Shown in pieces: positions 1-9,524 of a DNA stretch of 64,000 nt. The stretch is from contig JAXGOY010000005.1 of the NCBI GenBank assembly GCA_040767225.1, positions 749 to 64,748 on the forward strand, written 5' to 3'. Within the stretch, counting starts at the first letter, position 1. Every line of letters begins with the position of its first letter. The DNA is from Candidatus Dojkabacteria bacterium. GTDB lineage: Bacteria > Patescibacteriota > Dojkabacteria > SC72. The notes below the pieces were generated by a model. The model searched no databases and was not told where the DNA came from. It saw only the letters and a program-made list of their open reading frames with translations. The translations under genes and the position numbers were made by a program.

Positions 1-14
1 CAGAAGGGGGGAAA

Positions 15-359
15 TTGTATAAAACAGAAGGTAGTGCAGATGTTTTAGCAAGATTTGAATTTGATGTAGTTGCAACAAAAAATCAAGATATTGTATTAGA
101 GTTTCAATACTCTGGCACAGATGAGACTTTGCAATCTGTTATTATTGATGGTGTTACATCTACAAATATTTTAGCTACAAAACCAGCTTCTGCAGTATTT
201 TCATTAGATATTAACGAGAAAATTCCTAAGACAGGAATTAGTATGAATACATTGGGAATAATAGGGGGTATTTTATTAATTCTTGCAGGAGGGTTTGTTA
301 AAAGTAGTTCTCCAAGGTCTTTTACTAAAAGGAGAGGAACAATTGTGGTTTCAGAGTAG
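15..359 (+). CDS. C-terminal part of a surface protein with LPxTG-like sorting signal (5' end outside window)
   Basis: IPKTG followed by hydrophobic stretch LGIIGGILLILAGGFV and a basic tail (KRR). Confidence 0.6.
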   Translation: MYKTEGSADVLARFEFDVVATKNQDIVLEFQYSGTDETLQSVIIDGVTSTNILATKPASAVFSLDINEKIPKTGISMNTLGIIGGILLILAGGFVKSSSPRSFTKRRGTIVVSE

Positions 360-406
360 AAGTTGATAATGGGCAGGATATTTGATATTATTTTTACACT
401 ATACAA

Positions 407-479
407 GCCGAGATAGCTCAGTTGGTAGAGCATCTGTCTGAAGAACAGAGGGTCCCCAGTTCGATCCTGGGTCTCGGCA
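407..479 (+). tRNA. tRNA-Phe(GAA)
   Basis: Cloverleaf GCCGAGA...TCTCGGC; anticodon arm TCTGT-CTGAAGA-ACAGA; TTCGA T-loop. Confidence 0.95.
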
Positions 480-482
480 TAT

Positions 483-559
483 GCGAGAGTAGTTCAGTTG
501 GCTAGAACGACACATTGCCAATGTGTAGGTCGCGGGTTCAAACCCCGTCTCTCGCTCCA
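483..559 (+). tRNA. tRNA-Gly(GCC)
   Basis: GCGAGAG...CTCTCGC-T-CCA; anticodon arm ACACA-TTGCCAA-TGTGT. Confidence 0.95.
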
Positions 560-575
560 TTCTGTATTAATGAAA

Positions 576-1223
576 TTATTTTTTCTTTTCTTTCGTTTGA
601 AATTTAACCGATGGTTTTATAAATCCCTTAATTTCTTTTCTATATTTTAGAATTATTGAGCCAAATATATATATTAGTATAATTGGAGTAACCCATGTAT
701 TAAATTTGCTCATATACATTTTTATAGTTTCTAAGTCTCCTCCAACTCTATATCCTAAATATGCGATTATTACAGAATATGCAAAAGAACCTCCTAAGGT
801 TGCTGTAGAAAACTTAAAGGCATTCATCTCTAAAAATCCTGCAGCAAGACTTGTTACAATTCTTAAGTATGGGACAAAACGTGAGGTAAAAATGTAAGTA
901 TAGCTTTGTTGGGCAATCTTTTTTTTACTTTCCTCAAACTTCTTCTGATCAATCTTAAGAAATTTTCCTTTTCCTTCAAGCCATTTATATATATTACTTC
1001 CACTTAATATCCTTCCAATTATATACATAGGATATGCCCCTACCATCTCACCTAGCCCAGAAGCGAGGGCAATTAAGAAGATATTAGTTCCTTCTTCTGC
1101 TGCAAGTACTGCCATTATAATTTCAGTAGGAAAAATTCCAATAGCAGAAAGAAATACTCCCCAGTTGCCCATTCCTATTAGTAGCTCTAGGAGTTTAGTA
1201 AGAATTAAACCAATTATATCCAT
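576..1223 (-). CDS. DedA family membrane protein
   Basis: FPTEII, GAYPMYIIGR and SRFVPYLR DedA motifs. Confidence 0.85.
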   Translation of the reverse strand: MDIIGLILTKLLELLIGMGNWGVFLSAIGIFPTEIIMAVLAAEEGTNIFLIALASGLGEMVGAYPMYIIGRILSGSNIYKWLEGKGKFLKIDQKKFEESKKKIAQQSYTYIFTSRFVPYLRIVTSLAAGFLEMNAFKFSTATLGGSFAYSVIIAYLGYRVGGDLETIKMYMSKFNTWVTPIILIYIFGSIILKYRKEIKGFIKPSVKFQTKEKKK

Positions 1224-1297
1224 GTCAAGAATATATCAAAAAAAATATTAAGTTTGAATCTCTTTCAAAATTTCTTTATATAGTTTACACTTTTCAT

Positions 1298-2074
1298 ATG
1301 CAAAGACAAATTGATAAAAGAGAGGTGACTATTAATAAAGTGAGGAGGACTCCTATTGTGATATTCTTAAGAAGTATTCTTCCATTTATTATTATCATTA
1401 TTATAATAGCTATTACCTTTTTAATTGGGTTTTGGAATGTAAAAAAGTTTGAATATGATGAAAGTAAATTAAACAATGTTTCTACTGTTGAGCTTGATGC
1501 ATATCTTGCAGATTTTATTGGTAGAAATATTTTTACAGTAACTCCTGATGAAATTAAATCTGTACTTATCAAAAGTAATGGGTTTATTAAAAATGTGTAT
1601 GTTAAAAAGGTTTTACCATCAAAATTAAATATTACAGTAGAAGAGCATACTCCCCTATATATTGGTTACTCAACAGATAGATGCCTTTTGTTTTCAGATA
1701 CAGGTATTTTAATTTCTGAAATATGTACTAATTGTAAACAGGAGTGTACTGTTAATGAAGAGAGTTTAGGTAAAGTACTTATCGAGTCTACAAGTGTAAT
1801 TGAAAGTGAAAAGAGATTAATATTTTTTGATGAAATTTCTAAAGTTGGAAAGGTACTTGGAGAGTTTGGGTATTTTGTTAATCATGTAAATATTGATAAT
1901 GGAATTGCCCAATTCATTGATGATTCTGGAAGAATTTTTGTCTTTGACTTATCTAATGATCTTGAAACTCAACTTGCTAGAATGTATGCTGTTGGTGCTA
2001 AGATAAATGAGGATTTAATAAAGTTTAGTAGACTTGATTTACGGTTTAAAAGACCTGTTATGGATTTAAAATAG
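1298..2074 (+). CDS. ftsQ: FtsQ/DivIB-like cell division protein
   Basis: Single TM, POTRA-like region (KKVLPSKLNITVEE), C-terminal LDLRF, directly upstream of ftsA. Confidence 0.75.
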   Translation: MQRQIDKREVTINKVRRTPIVIFLRSILPFIIIIIIIAITFLIGFWNVKKFEYDESKLNNVSTVELDAYLADFIGRNIFTVTPDEIKSVLIKSNGFIKNVYVKKVLPSKLNITVEEHTPLYIGYSTDRCLLFSDTGILISEICTNCKQECTVNEESLGKVLIESTSVIESEKRLIFFDEISKVGKVLGEFGYFVNHVNIDNGIAQFIDDSGRIFVFDLSNDLETQLARMYAVGAKINEDLIKFSRLDLRFKRPVMDLK

Positions 2075-2125
2075 TTGTAAATTAAGAGTAAAAGTGATAT
2101 TAATGTGTAATAGAATAATTTGTTC

Positions 2126-2154
2126 TTGCTAAGTTATGTATTTTTGTTTATATT
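2126..2154 (+). promoter_or_regulatory. Putative sigma70 promoter of ftsA-ftsZ
   Basis: TTGCTA-17 nt-TATATT. Confidence 0.45.
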
Positions 2155-2204
2155 ATACATAACAAGGTTCTAATTTAAGTAATATATGACTGCCCTTAAA
2201 ACAT

Positions 2205-3494
2205 ATGGCACGAAAAATAATAACAGCAATAGATGTAGGATCTTCAAAGATTACTACTGTCATTTCTTCTGTAGAAGAAAATGAAAAGCCCTCAGTAATT
2301 GGTGTTTGTTCTTATCCTAGTAAAGGAATAAAGAAAGGTGTTGTAGTTAATATTGATGATGCTACAAATGCTATTTCTGAAAGTGTTACAGCTGCTGAGA
2401 GAATGGCAGGGGTTACAGTTTCAGATGTTTTAATCTCTATAAATGGGGAGTTAGTTACAAGTCTTAATAATAAGGGGGTTGTTGCTGTTGCAGGCTCTGA
2501 GATTACTGTTGATGATACATATAGAGCAATTGAGAATGCTAGAACTCTTTCTCTGCCTGATAATCTTAATCCCATACATATAATTCCAAGAGAGTTTGTT
2601 GTTGATAATCAAGGTGGGATTAAATATCCAATAGGGATGTCTGGTACAAGACTTGAGGTTGAAACTCATATTATTACAACTCCTAATTCATATTGGCAAA
2701 ATCTTAAAAAGTGTGTTGAACAGCTTGGGCTTAATGTATATGATGTTGTTTTTACTGGCTGGGCATCTTCTTTATCTGTTTTAACTGATACTGAGAAGGA
2801 GCTTGGTGTTACTATGCTTGATATTGGTGCTGGAACAACAAGTATATCAATATTTGATGAGGGGTCAATAATATATAGTGGTGTTATTCCTCTTGGTGGA
2901 ATAAATATTACAAGTGATTTAGCAATTGGGCTTCAAGTATCTTTGGAAGAAGCAGAGAAGATAAAAACTCATATGGGAGATTTGTTAGATAATAAAGCAA
3001 AAGCTAAGAAGTCTTCTTCTGACTCAACACCTGCACTTCTTAGGAAATTAGATGAGGAGGAACCAAAGACAAAGAAGGGAGATGAAATCGATTTATCTGT
3101 TTTAGATATTACAGGGAAGAAGGTTTCTAAAGAGCTACTTGTAAAGATTGTCGAAGCAAGGTGTGAGGAGATATTTGATATGGCAAAAGAGAAGGTAGGT
3201 AAAGCTGGTTTTAAAATGGCCATGCCTGCTGGAATTGTTTTAACAGGTGGTACTTCGCTTCTTAGGGACTTACCAAAGTTTACTCAAGGAGTGTTTGGTG
3301 TTGCTGCAAGAGTTGGGTATCCATCTGGTTTAACAGGTATGATTGAGGAAATTTCTGATCCATCTTTTGCATGTGTTCAGGGTTTGATAAAATATGCATT
3401 AGAAGAAGAGGGTGATTCAGAGGCTATTAAGGTAAAAAGTGGTGGAAATTTAAAAGATAAGATAGTAGAATGGTTTAAGTCTTTAATGCCATAA
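2205..3494 (+). CDS. ftsA: Cell division protein FtsA
   Basis: IDVGSSKI, LDIGAGTT, VLTGGT motifs; C-terminal amphipathic helix. Confidence 0.97.
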   Translation: MARKIITAIDVGSSKITTVISSVEENEKPSVIGVCSYPSKGIKKGVVVNIDDATNAISESVTAAERMAGVTVSDVLISINGELVTSLNNKGVVAVAGSEITVDDTYRAIENARTLSLPDNLNPIHIIPREFVVDNQGGIKYPIGMSGTRLEVETHIITTPNSYWQNLKKCVEQLGLNVYDVVFTGWASSLSVLTDTEKELGVTMLDIGAGTTSISIFDEGSIIYSGVIPLGGINITSDLAIGLQVSLEEAEKIKTHMGDLLDNKAKAKKSSSDSTPALLRKLDEEEPKTKKGDEIDLSVLDITGKKVSKELLVKIVEARCEEIFDMAKEKVGKAGFKMAMPAGIVLTGGTSLLRDLPKFTQGVFGVAARVGYPSGLTGMIEEISDPSFACVQGLIKYALEEEGDSEAIKVKSGGNLKDKIVEWFKSLMP

Positions 3495-3529
3495 ACTGCC
3501 TAGATTAAATTATTAATTGTGTTCAAGTT

Positions 3530-4714
3530 ATGCCTTTAATTACAACAAATGTTGACCCAGTTGCAAAAATAAAAGTAATTGGAGTTGGAGGAGCAGGGTG
3601 TAATGCTATTAACACCATGATGACTGATTATGATATCCCTGGTGTTGAATTTATGGCTTTTAATACAGATGCTCAAACTCTTAAGCTTTCTAAAGCTCCA
3701 GTAACATTACAGTTAGGGGAAACTTTAACTAAAGGTTTAGGAGTTGGAGGAAATCAAGAGCTTGGTGCACAAGCGGCAGAAGAGAGTCTTGATCAGATAC
3801 AGGAGCTGCTTGAAGGAGCTGACATGGTATTTATTACTGCTGGTATGGGAGGAGGTACTGGTACAGGTGCTGCTCCAATTATTGCTGGTGTTGCAAAAAA
3901 TATGGGTGCACTTACAGTTGCTGTTGTTACAAAGCCTTTTGATTTTGAAGGTAAAAGAAGAATGGAAGTTGCGGAAGAGGGGCTCAATAATTTAAGAGAT
4001 AAGGTTGATACACTAATTGTAGTTCCTAATCAGAGGCTACTGGAGATTGCTACTGATAATATTTCTTTTATTGATGCAATGAAGATGGTTGACTCTGTTC
4101 TCGCAGAAGGTGTTAATAGTATATCAATGCTCATTAGCCAAACAGGATATATTAATGCTGACTTTAATGATGCGAAATCAGTAATGCAAAATGCTGGTAC
4201 AGCACTTATGGGTATTGGTAGGGCAAGTGGAGAAAAGAGGGCAGAACTTGCAGCAAGAGCAGCTACAACCAGTCCTTTGCTGGATATGTCTATTGAGGGA
4301 GCAACAGGAGTTCTTTACAATATTGTAGGAGCAGATCTTACTTTACCTGAAATTAGTCTTGTATCAGAGTTAATTAAAGAAGCTGTAGATCCATCTGCAA
4401 ATATTAAGTTTGGAGCACAAATAGACCCTTCATTAGGTGATGAAATTGTTATTACAATTGTTGCTACAGGTTTTGATGAAAAGAAGCAGGTATATACAAA
4501 GAAACAGAAAGGTGAAGAAGATGAAGTAGATATATTTGGTTTAGAAGGTGTTACTGATGAAATTAAGTCGTTTGAAGAAGAAGAAAAAACTCCTGAAGAG
4601 AATGTACAAAAAGAGGAAGAGAGCTATATTGATACTATTCCGCAGCCAGATGAGTTTGAAGACCCTCTTGATAAACCTGCTTTTATGAGGAAAATATTTA
4701 AAAAGAAGGAATAA
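3530..4714 (+). CDS. ftsZ: Cell division protein FtsZ
   Basis: GVGGAG, GGGTGTG, INADFND; C-terminal DKPAFMRK. Confidence 0.98.
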   Translation: MPLITTNVDPVAKIKVIGVGGAGCNAINTMMTDYDIPGVEFMAFNTDAQTLKLSKAPVTLQLGETLTKGLGVGGNQELGAQAAEESLDQIQELLEGADMVFITAGMGGGTGTGAAPIIAGVAKNMGALTVAVVTKPFDFEGKRRMEVAEEGLNNLRDKVDTLIVVPNQRLLEIATDNISFIDAMKMVDSVLAEGVNSISMLISQTGYINADFNDAKSVMQNAGTALMGIGRASGEKRAELAARAATTSPLLDMSIEGATGVLYNIVGADLTLPEISLVSELIKEAVDPSANIKFGAQIDPSLGDEIVITIVATGFDEKKQVYTKKQKGEEDEVDIFGLEGVTDEIKSFEEEEKTPEENVQKEEESYIDTIPQPDEFEDPLDKPAFMRKIFKKKE

Positions 4715-4768
4715 TACAAGTAAAAGTATTTCTCTCCTTCTACTTTTCTGCTAGTATCATTAGTATTA

Positions 4769-6073
4769 ATGAAGTTAGAAAGTAAAAAGATAAAAAGGAT
4801 TAAAGCAGACCCATATTTGTTAATTCCATCTATACTTATCTCTTTTATAGGTATAGTTACTTTACTGTCAACAACTATTGATAGTAATGGACAGTTTGGA
4901 GATATTAGCATTGTAAAAAAGCAGGTAATATTTCTTCTAATTGGTTTTATCGTATATTTTTTAATTTCTCTGTTTGATGTAAGTTTGTTTAAGTATATTC
5001 AGATTATTATCCCAATATATGTTTTAACTTTGATTTTACTTATCTGTGTATATTTATTTGGTCCTGTAATTAATAATGTACAAAGGTGGCTTGTTATTGG
5101 TGGAGTACAGTTACAACCTTCTGAGATTGCTAAGGTTACTGTTATATTAACAACTGCCTGTATATTTTCTCTTAGAGGAAAGTATAATCAGTGGGTTTTA
5201 CTGCTTATTTCATTTCTAGCAATGCTCCCTATATTCCTTCTCATTTACTTTGAACCAGCAGGAAGTATGTCTCTTTTAATACTCTTAATATGGTTTCTAG
5301 TGGCATTTACAGGACTAAGTAATCAATTAAGAAATAGCATTGCACTTCTTATTGCAGGTTTAGTTGCTATATCAATATTCTTACTTAGTTTTAGTGGTAA
5401 TTGGCTATATATTTTAATTGGTGTAGCTGGAACAATTATTGGGATTTTTGCATTCTATTTTAGAGACAGCTGGAGAATTATTGTATCAGTAAGCTTTTGT
5501 ATAGGGGTGCTTTTAGGTCTTGTATCAATGTTTTTGTATAACGATGTATTAAAAGATTACCAAAGAAAAAGAATTGAGGCATTTTTAAATCCTACACAAA
5601 GCACTCAAGATATAGGTTTTAATGTTAATCAGGCAAGAATAGCAATTGGGTCCGGACAGATATTTGGGAAGGGCTTTGGAAACGGTACTCAAAGTAAAAG
5701 GGATTTTCTACCTGAGCATCAAACAGATTTCATATTTGCATCATTTGCAGAAGAATTTGGTCTTGTTGGTTCTCTTTTTCTTCTTGCCTTGTATGGAATT
5801 ATTATTATTCGCATATTGGTTATTACTATAAGTAGTGGTGATACATTTAGTTCTATGATTCTTGTAGGCATAGCAATGAAGATTTTGTTTGAGGTATTTA
5901 TTAATATTGGAACAAACCTTGGTGTTATACCTGCCACTGGTATTCCTTTGCCGTTAATGAGTGCAGGAGGAACTATTACAATTATGACTCTTTTGTGTTT
6001 AGGTATTGTTCAAAGTATAATCAATAGGAAAGATACATACAAAAGTACAAATGATATAATTGACAATTATTGA
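4769..6073 (+). CDS. SEDS family peptidoglycan polymerase (RodA/FtsW)
   Basis: QPSEIAK, FLPEHQTDFIF, TGIPLPLMSAGG. Confidence 0.92.
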   Translation: MKLESKKIKRIKADPYLLIPSILISFIGIVTLLSTTIDSNGQFGDISIVKKQVIFLLIGFIVYFLISLFDVSLFKYIQIIIPIYVLTLILLICVYLFGPVINNVQRWLVIGGVQLQPSEIAKVTVILTTACIFSLRGKYNQWVLLLISFLAMLPIFLLIYFEPAGSMSLLILLIWFLVAFTGLSNQLRNSIALLIAGLVAISIFLLSFSGNWLYILIGVAGTIIGIFAFYFRDSWRIIVSVSFCIGVLLGLVSMFLYNDVLKDYQRKRIEAFLNPTQSTQDIGFNVNQARIAIGSGQIFGKGFGNGTQSKRDFLPEHQTDFIFASFAEEFGLVGSLFLLALYGIIIIRILVITISSGDTFSSMILVGIAMKILFEVFINIGTNLGVIPATGIPLPLMSAGGTITIMTLLCLGIVQSIINRKDTYKSTNDIIDNY

Positions 6074-6097
6074 ATTATAACTTAAAATCCTTTAATC

Positions 6098-6430
6098 ATG
6101 AGTAAAAATGAAAAGAAAGAAAAGTTTGCAGTCATTAAATTAGGTGGAGCACAGCTTAAAGTTGTTGAAGGGAAGGAGTATGAAGTTAACAAACTGGATG
6201 GAAAGAAGGGTGATAAGATTGAGATTAGTGAGGTTCTTCTTTTAGCTAATGGTGATGATGTAAAAATTGGTACTCCATATGTAGAAGGGAGTAAAGTCAC
6301 TTTAGAGATAACATCACGGAAAAAGGATAAAAAAGTTGATGTGTTTAAGTACAAAGCAAAATCAAGATACAGAAAAAGTGCTGGTCATAGGAGTTTAATT
6401 ACAAAAGTATTAGTAAAAAAGATAGTCTAA
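6098..6430 (+). CDS. rplU: 50S ribosomal protein L21
   Basis: AVIKLGGAQLKV, FKYKAKSRYRKSAGHR. Confidence 0.95.
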   Translation: MSKNEKKEKFAVIKLGGAQLKVVEGKEYEVNKLDGKKGDKIEISEVLLLANGDDVKIGTPYVEGSKVTLEITSRKKDKKVDVFKYKAKSRYRKSAGHRSLITKVLVKKIV

Positions 6431-7596
6431 TGCAATATTTTTTTGAGTGTGGTAATTTCTTCAATATTTCTCTTGCAGAGCTAAATCTTGTATTTGAAGC
6501 TTTTGGTATTTCAAAAGATTGTATTAAGAGGTTTAATGATATTGTATTAATAGTTGAGAGTAAAAGTGTTACGAAAGATACTCTTGATAGGATATTTAAT
6601 AGGCTAGGTGGATTTATTAGATATGGAGAAATAATTGACGACCTTGATACATTTTTAACTCCATATTTTGAGAAAGAGAAGATAACATTTGGTATTTCTA
6701 TACTTGGGCAGAGCAAGCTAAGAAGGAAGGATATTGAGAGACTTACTAATGAGATTAAAAGGGGTTTTAAGAGTAGTAATGTATCTTCCCGATTTATTCT
6801 TCCAAAAGAATTTGAACTTAATGCAGCACAGATATTTAATAATGACATATTAAATAGTGGATTTGAGCTGTGTATTTTTGAAAATGAAAAGAAAAGGGTA
6901 TATGGTAAGACATTAAAAGTACAAGATATTAACTCTTTTATTAAAAGGGATATACAAAGACCTCAGGTAGATTTTGAAATGGGAGTACTTCCTCAGAAAC
7001 TTGCAAGAATAATGTGTAATCTTACAGGTTTGCAGAGTGGTATTATTTGGGATCCTTTTTGTGGTAGTGGTACTATTCTTATGGAAGCTGCTGTACTAGG
7101 CTTTGATGTTTTGGGCTCTGATATTGATGTTAATGCATTAAACCTTGCGAATGAGAATATGATATGGCTCTCAAAAGAAGGGATTATAAAAGGAATAAAG
7201 TATAATCTGTTTCAACTGGATATTTACAATGTTGAGAAAAAAGTTGTTACTGATTTAAAGCATACAGGAATAAATGCAGTGGTATGTGAGCCATTTATGG
7301 GTCCACCTCAAAGGAAGCTACTGAGTGTTAACAAGGCGAACTTGTTAATAGAGAGTGCAACAAAACTGTATCTTTCTCTTTTCCATGTTTTAAATGAAAT
7401 ATCCCAAAAAGGTTTTAGAGTTGTAATTGTTCTTCCCTCTTACAAAACAAATAAAGGATGGGTTGATATGAATATTTCTCAGTTTATTAATAAAAAGTGG
7501 GAGGTTTTAAATAAAAAATACTCTTCACAGGACTTGAAATGGAAGAGGATAAATAGTATTATTGCAAGGAATATTTTCATTCTTGAAAAGAAGTAA
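6430..7596 (+). CDS. Class I SAM-dependent methyltransferase, Trm11/UPF0020-like (putative RNA methylase)
   Basis: LPQKLARIMCNL, WDPFCGSGT, GSDID, CEPFMG. Confidence 0.75.
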   Translation: MQYFFECGNFFNISLAELNLVFEAFGISKDCIKRFNDIVLIVESKSVTKDTLDRIFNRLGGFIRYGEIIDDLDTFLTPYFEKEKITFGISILGQSKLRRKDIERLTNEIKRGFKSSNVSSRFILPKEFELNAAQIFNNDILNSGFELCIFENEKKRVYGKTLKVQDINSFIKRDIQRPQVDFEMGVLPQKLARIMCNLTGLQSGIIWDPFCGSGTILMEAAVLGFDVLGSDIDVNALNLANENMIWLSKEGIIKGIKYNLFQLDIYNVEKKVVTDLKHTGINAVVCEPFMGPPQRKLLSVNKANLLIESATKLYLSLFHVLNEISQKGFRVVIVLPSYKTNKGWVDMNISQFINKKWEVLNKKYSSQDLKWKRINSIIARNIFILEKK

Positions 7597-7618
7597 TTAA
7601 ATTAAATTATATATAGCA

Positions 7619-7885
7619 ATGTCACATGTAGTAGGAGCAGGAAGTGTTGCAATGGGAGGAAATGTTGCTGGTAAGAGACTAGGTGTTAAGAAGTTTGAGG
7701 GAGAAAAAGTTAAAGCAGGAAATATTATTGTAAAGCAAAGAGGATCTGTTTATCATCCTGGTAGAAACACATATCTTTCCAAAGATTACTCTATTCATGC
7801 TAAAACGGACGGCTTTGTTAAATTCCGAAAAATGAGTGGGTTTAAAAGAGGCCGTTACTATATAGATGTGGTAGAATCTATATAG
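7619..7885 (+). CDS. rpmA: 50S ribosomal protein L27
   Basis: KRLGVKKF, AGNIIVKQRG, HPGRN. Confidence 0.95.
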   Translation: MSHVVGAGSVAMGGNVAGKRLGVKKFEGEKVKAGNIIVKQRGSVYHPGRNTYLSKDYSIHAKTDGFVKFRKMSGFKRGRYYIDVVESI

Positions 7886-7890
7886 TAAAT

Positions 7891-8634
7891 ATGAGTAAAG
7901 ATAGATTTATCCAAATAGAGAGTAAGAATGCATTAGTTGAACTGCTAAGAGAGGGCAGGGATTTTGAGCGTATATATATTGCAAGTAGTGCATACCGTGA
8001 TGATAAAACAAAGGAGATTGTAAAACTTGCTGGTGAAAAGAAAATTCCAATACTTAGAGTTCCAAGAAAAGCACTTCAGAGAAGGCTTAGAAGTTCAAGT
8101 TCAGAGAGTGTAGTAGGGATGATGTTTTCACAAAATCAGTGGAATTTAGATGAGTTACTTGAAAGCATATACAATGAAAAGAAAATTCCATTCTTTCTGA
8201 TTTTTGATGATATTAAATATACTCAAAATATTGCTGCAATAATGAGAACAGCTTTTGCCACTGGAGTAAATGGAATAATTACTCATCCTTCTAATGTAAA
8301 TTTAGTGACAGATGAGACTATTAGAATATCAATGGGTGCTGCTGAAAGAATACCACTTGTAGAGATGAACTTGTTTATGGCAGTAAAAAAACTTAAAGAG
8401 GAAGGAGTAAAAATATATGGTCTTCATATGGAGGGCGAGACATATTTTAAAGCAGATTTAACTGGTCCTATTGCTTTTGTTCTAGGAGCAGAGGACAGTG
8501 GTATATCATCTGGAATGCTTGAGAGGGTTGATAAAATGCTATCAATACCTATGAGAGAGGGTATAGGGTCATTAAATGTAAGTGCTAGTGCAGCTGTTAT
8601 TATGTATGAGAAGCTTAGACAAGAAGTTTCTTAG
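7891..8634 (+). CDS. rlmB: TrmH/SpoU family rRNA methyltransferase (RlmB-like)
   Basis: NIAAIMRT, VLGAEDSG, IPM..IGSLNVSAS. Confidence 0.85.
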   Translation: MSKDRFIQIESKNALVELLREGRDFERIYIASSAYRDDKTKEIVKLAGEKKIPILRVPRKALQRRLRSSSSESVVGMMFSQNQWNLDELLESIYNEKKIPFFLIFDDIKYTQNIAAIMRTAFATGVNGIITHPSNVNLVTDETIRISMGAAERIPLVEMNLFMAVKKLKEEGVKIYGLHMEGETYFKADLTGPIAFVLGAEDSGISSGMLERVDKMLSIPMREGIGSLNVSASAAVIMYEKLRQEVS

Positions 8635-9507
8635 TTAAAATTCATTAGGTTTATCAATACCTAATTTTTTTAATAATTCTTCCAATTGTTGTTTTGATTC
8701 ATACTTTATTATTACTCTTCCTCCCTTTGCCAACTTTCTTATACGAGTATTGTATCCAATTGTCTCAGTAATCATTCTTGCATATCTGACTAAATCAGGA
8801 GTTTCATCTTCAAAAGTTCTGTATCTAGGATTCTTCCCAAATATTACCTTTCTAACCAGCTCTTCTGTTTGTCTTACACTTAACTTTCTTTTTACAACAA
8901 TATCTGCTGCTGCAACAATAGACTCAGGGTCTTTAATTCCAAGGAGTGCTCTAGCATGTCCTTCTGTTATTGTTTCATTTAATACCATCTCTTGTACTGA
9001 CTCTGGGAGATTAAGCAGTCTTCTTTTGTTTGTTACTGCAACTCTGCTAATACCAAGCTTCTTTCCAATTTCTGACTGTTTCATTCCAAATTCATCTTGA
9101 AGTTGAGCAAATGCATGAGCTTCCTCTAGTGGATTTAAATCTTTTCTTTGAATGTTTTCTATTAAAGCAAGTTCAAGCATCTGCTGTGGAGATGATTCTT
9201 TAATGACAACAGGAACATATTTAAAACCAGCAAGCTGTGCTGCTCTATATCTCCTTTCACCTGCGATTATGAAGTATTTATCCGAATTAGGGTCTCTTGT
9301 AACAATTAGGGGTTGTATAACACCATTTACTCTAATTGAATCAGCTAATCCAATCAGATCACCAGGCTCTATTTTCATTCTTGGCTGATATGGGTTTGGC
9401 AGTATCTTTGATATATCAAAATTTTCAACATATGAGCTGTCAATATTACTTATTTCAGGTGCATCTATTAATGCTGCCAGTCCTTTTCCTAATCTGTTTT
9501 CATCCAT
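8635..9507 (-). CDS. parB: ParB/Spo0J partition protein
   Basis: PNPYQPR, IIAGERRYRA, ENIQRKDLNPLEEA, GHARALL. Confidence 0.95.
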   Translation of the reverse strand: MDENRLGKGLAALIDAPEISNIDSSYVENFDISKILPNPYQPRMKIEPGDLIGLADSIRVNGVIQPLIVTRDPNSDKYFIIAGERRYRAAQLAGFKYVPVVIKESSPQQMLELALIENIQRKDLNPLEEAHAFAQLQDEFGMKQSEIGKKLGISRVAVTNKRRLLNLPESVQEMVLNETITEGHARALLGIKDPESIVAAADIVVKRKLSVRQTEELVRKVIFGKNPRYRTFEDETPDLVRYARMITETIGYNTRIRKLAKGGRVIIKYESKQQLEELLKKLGIDKPNEF

Positions 9508-9524
9508 ATTAAAATATTAACAAT

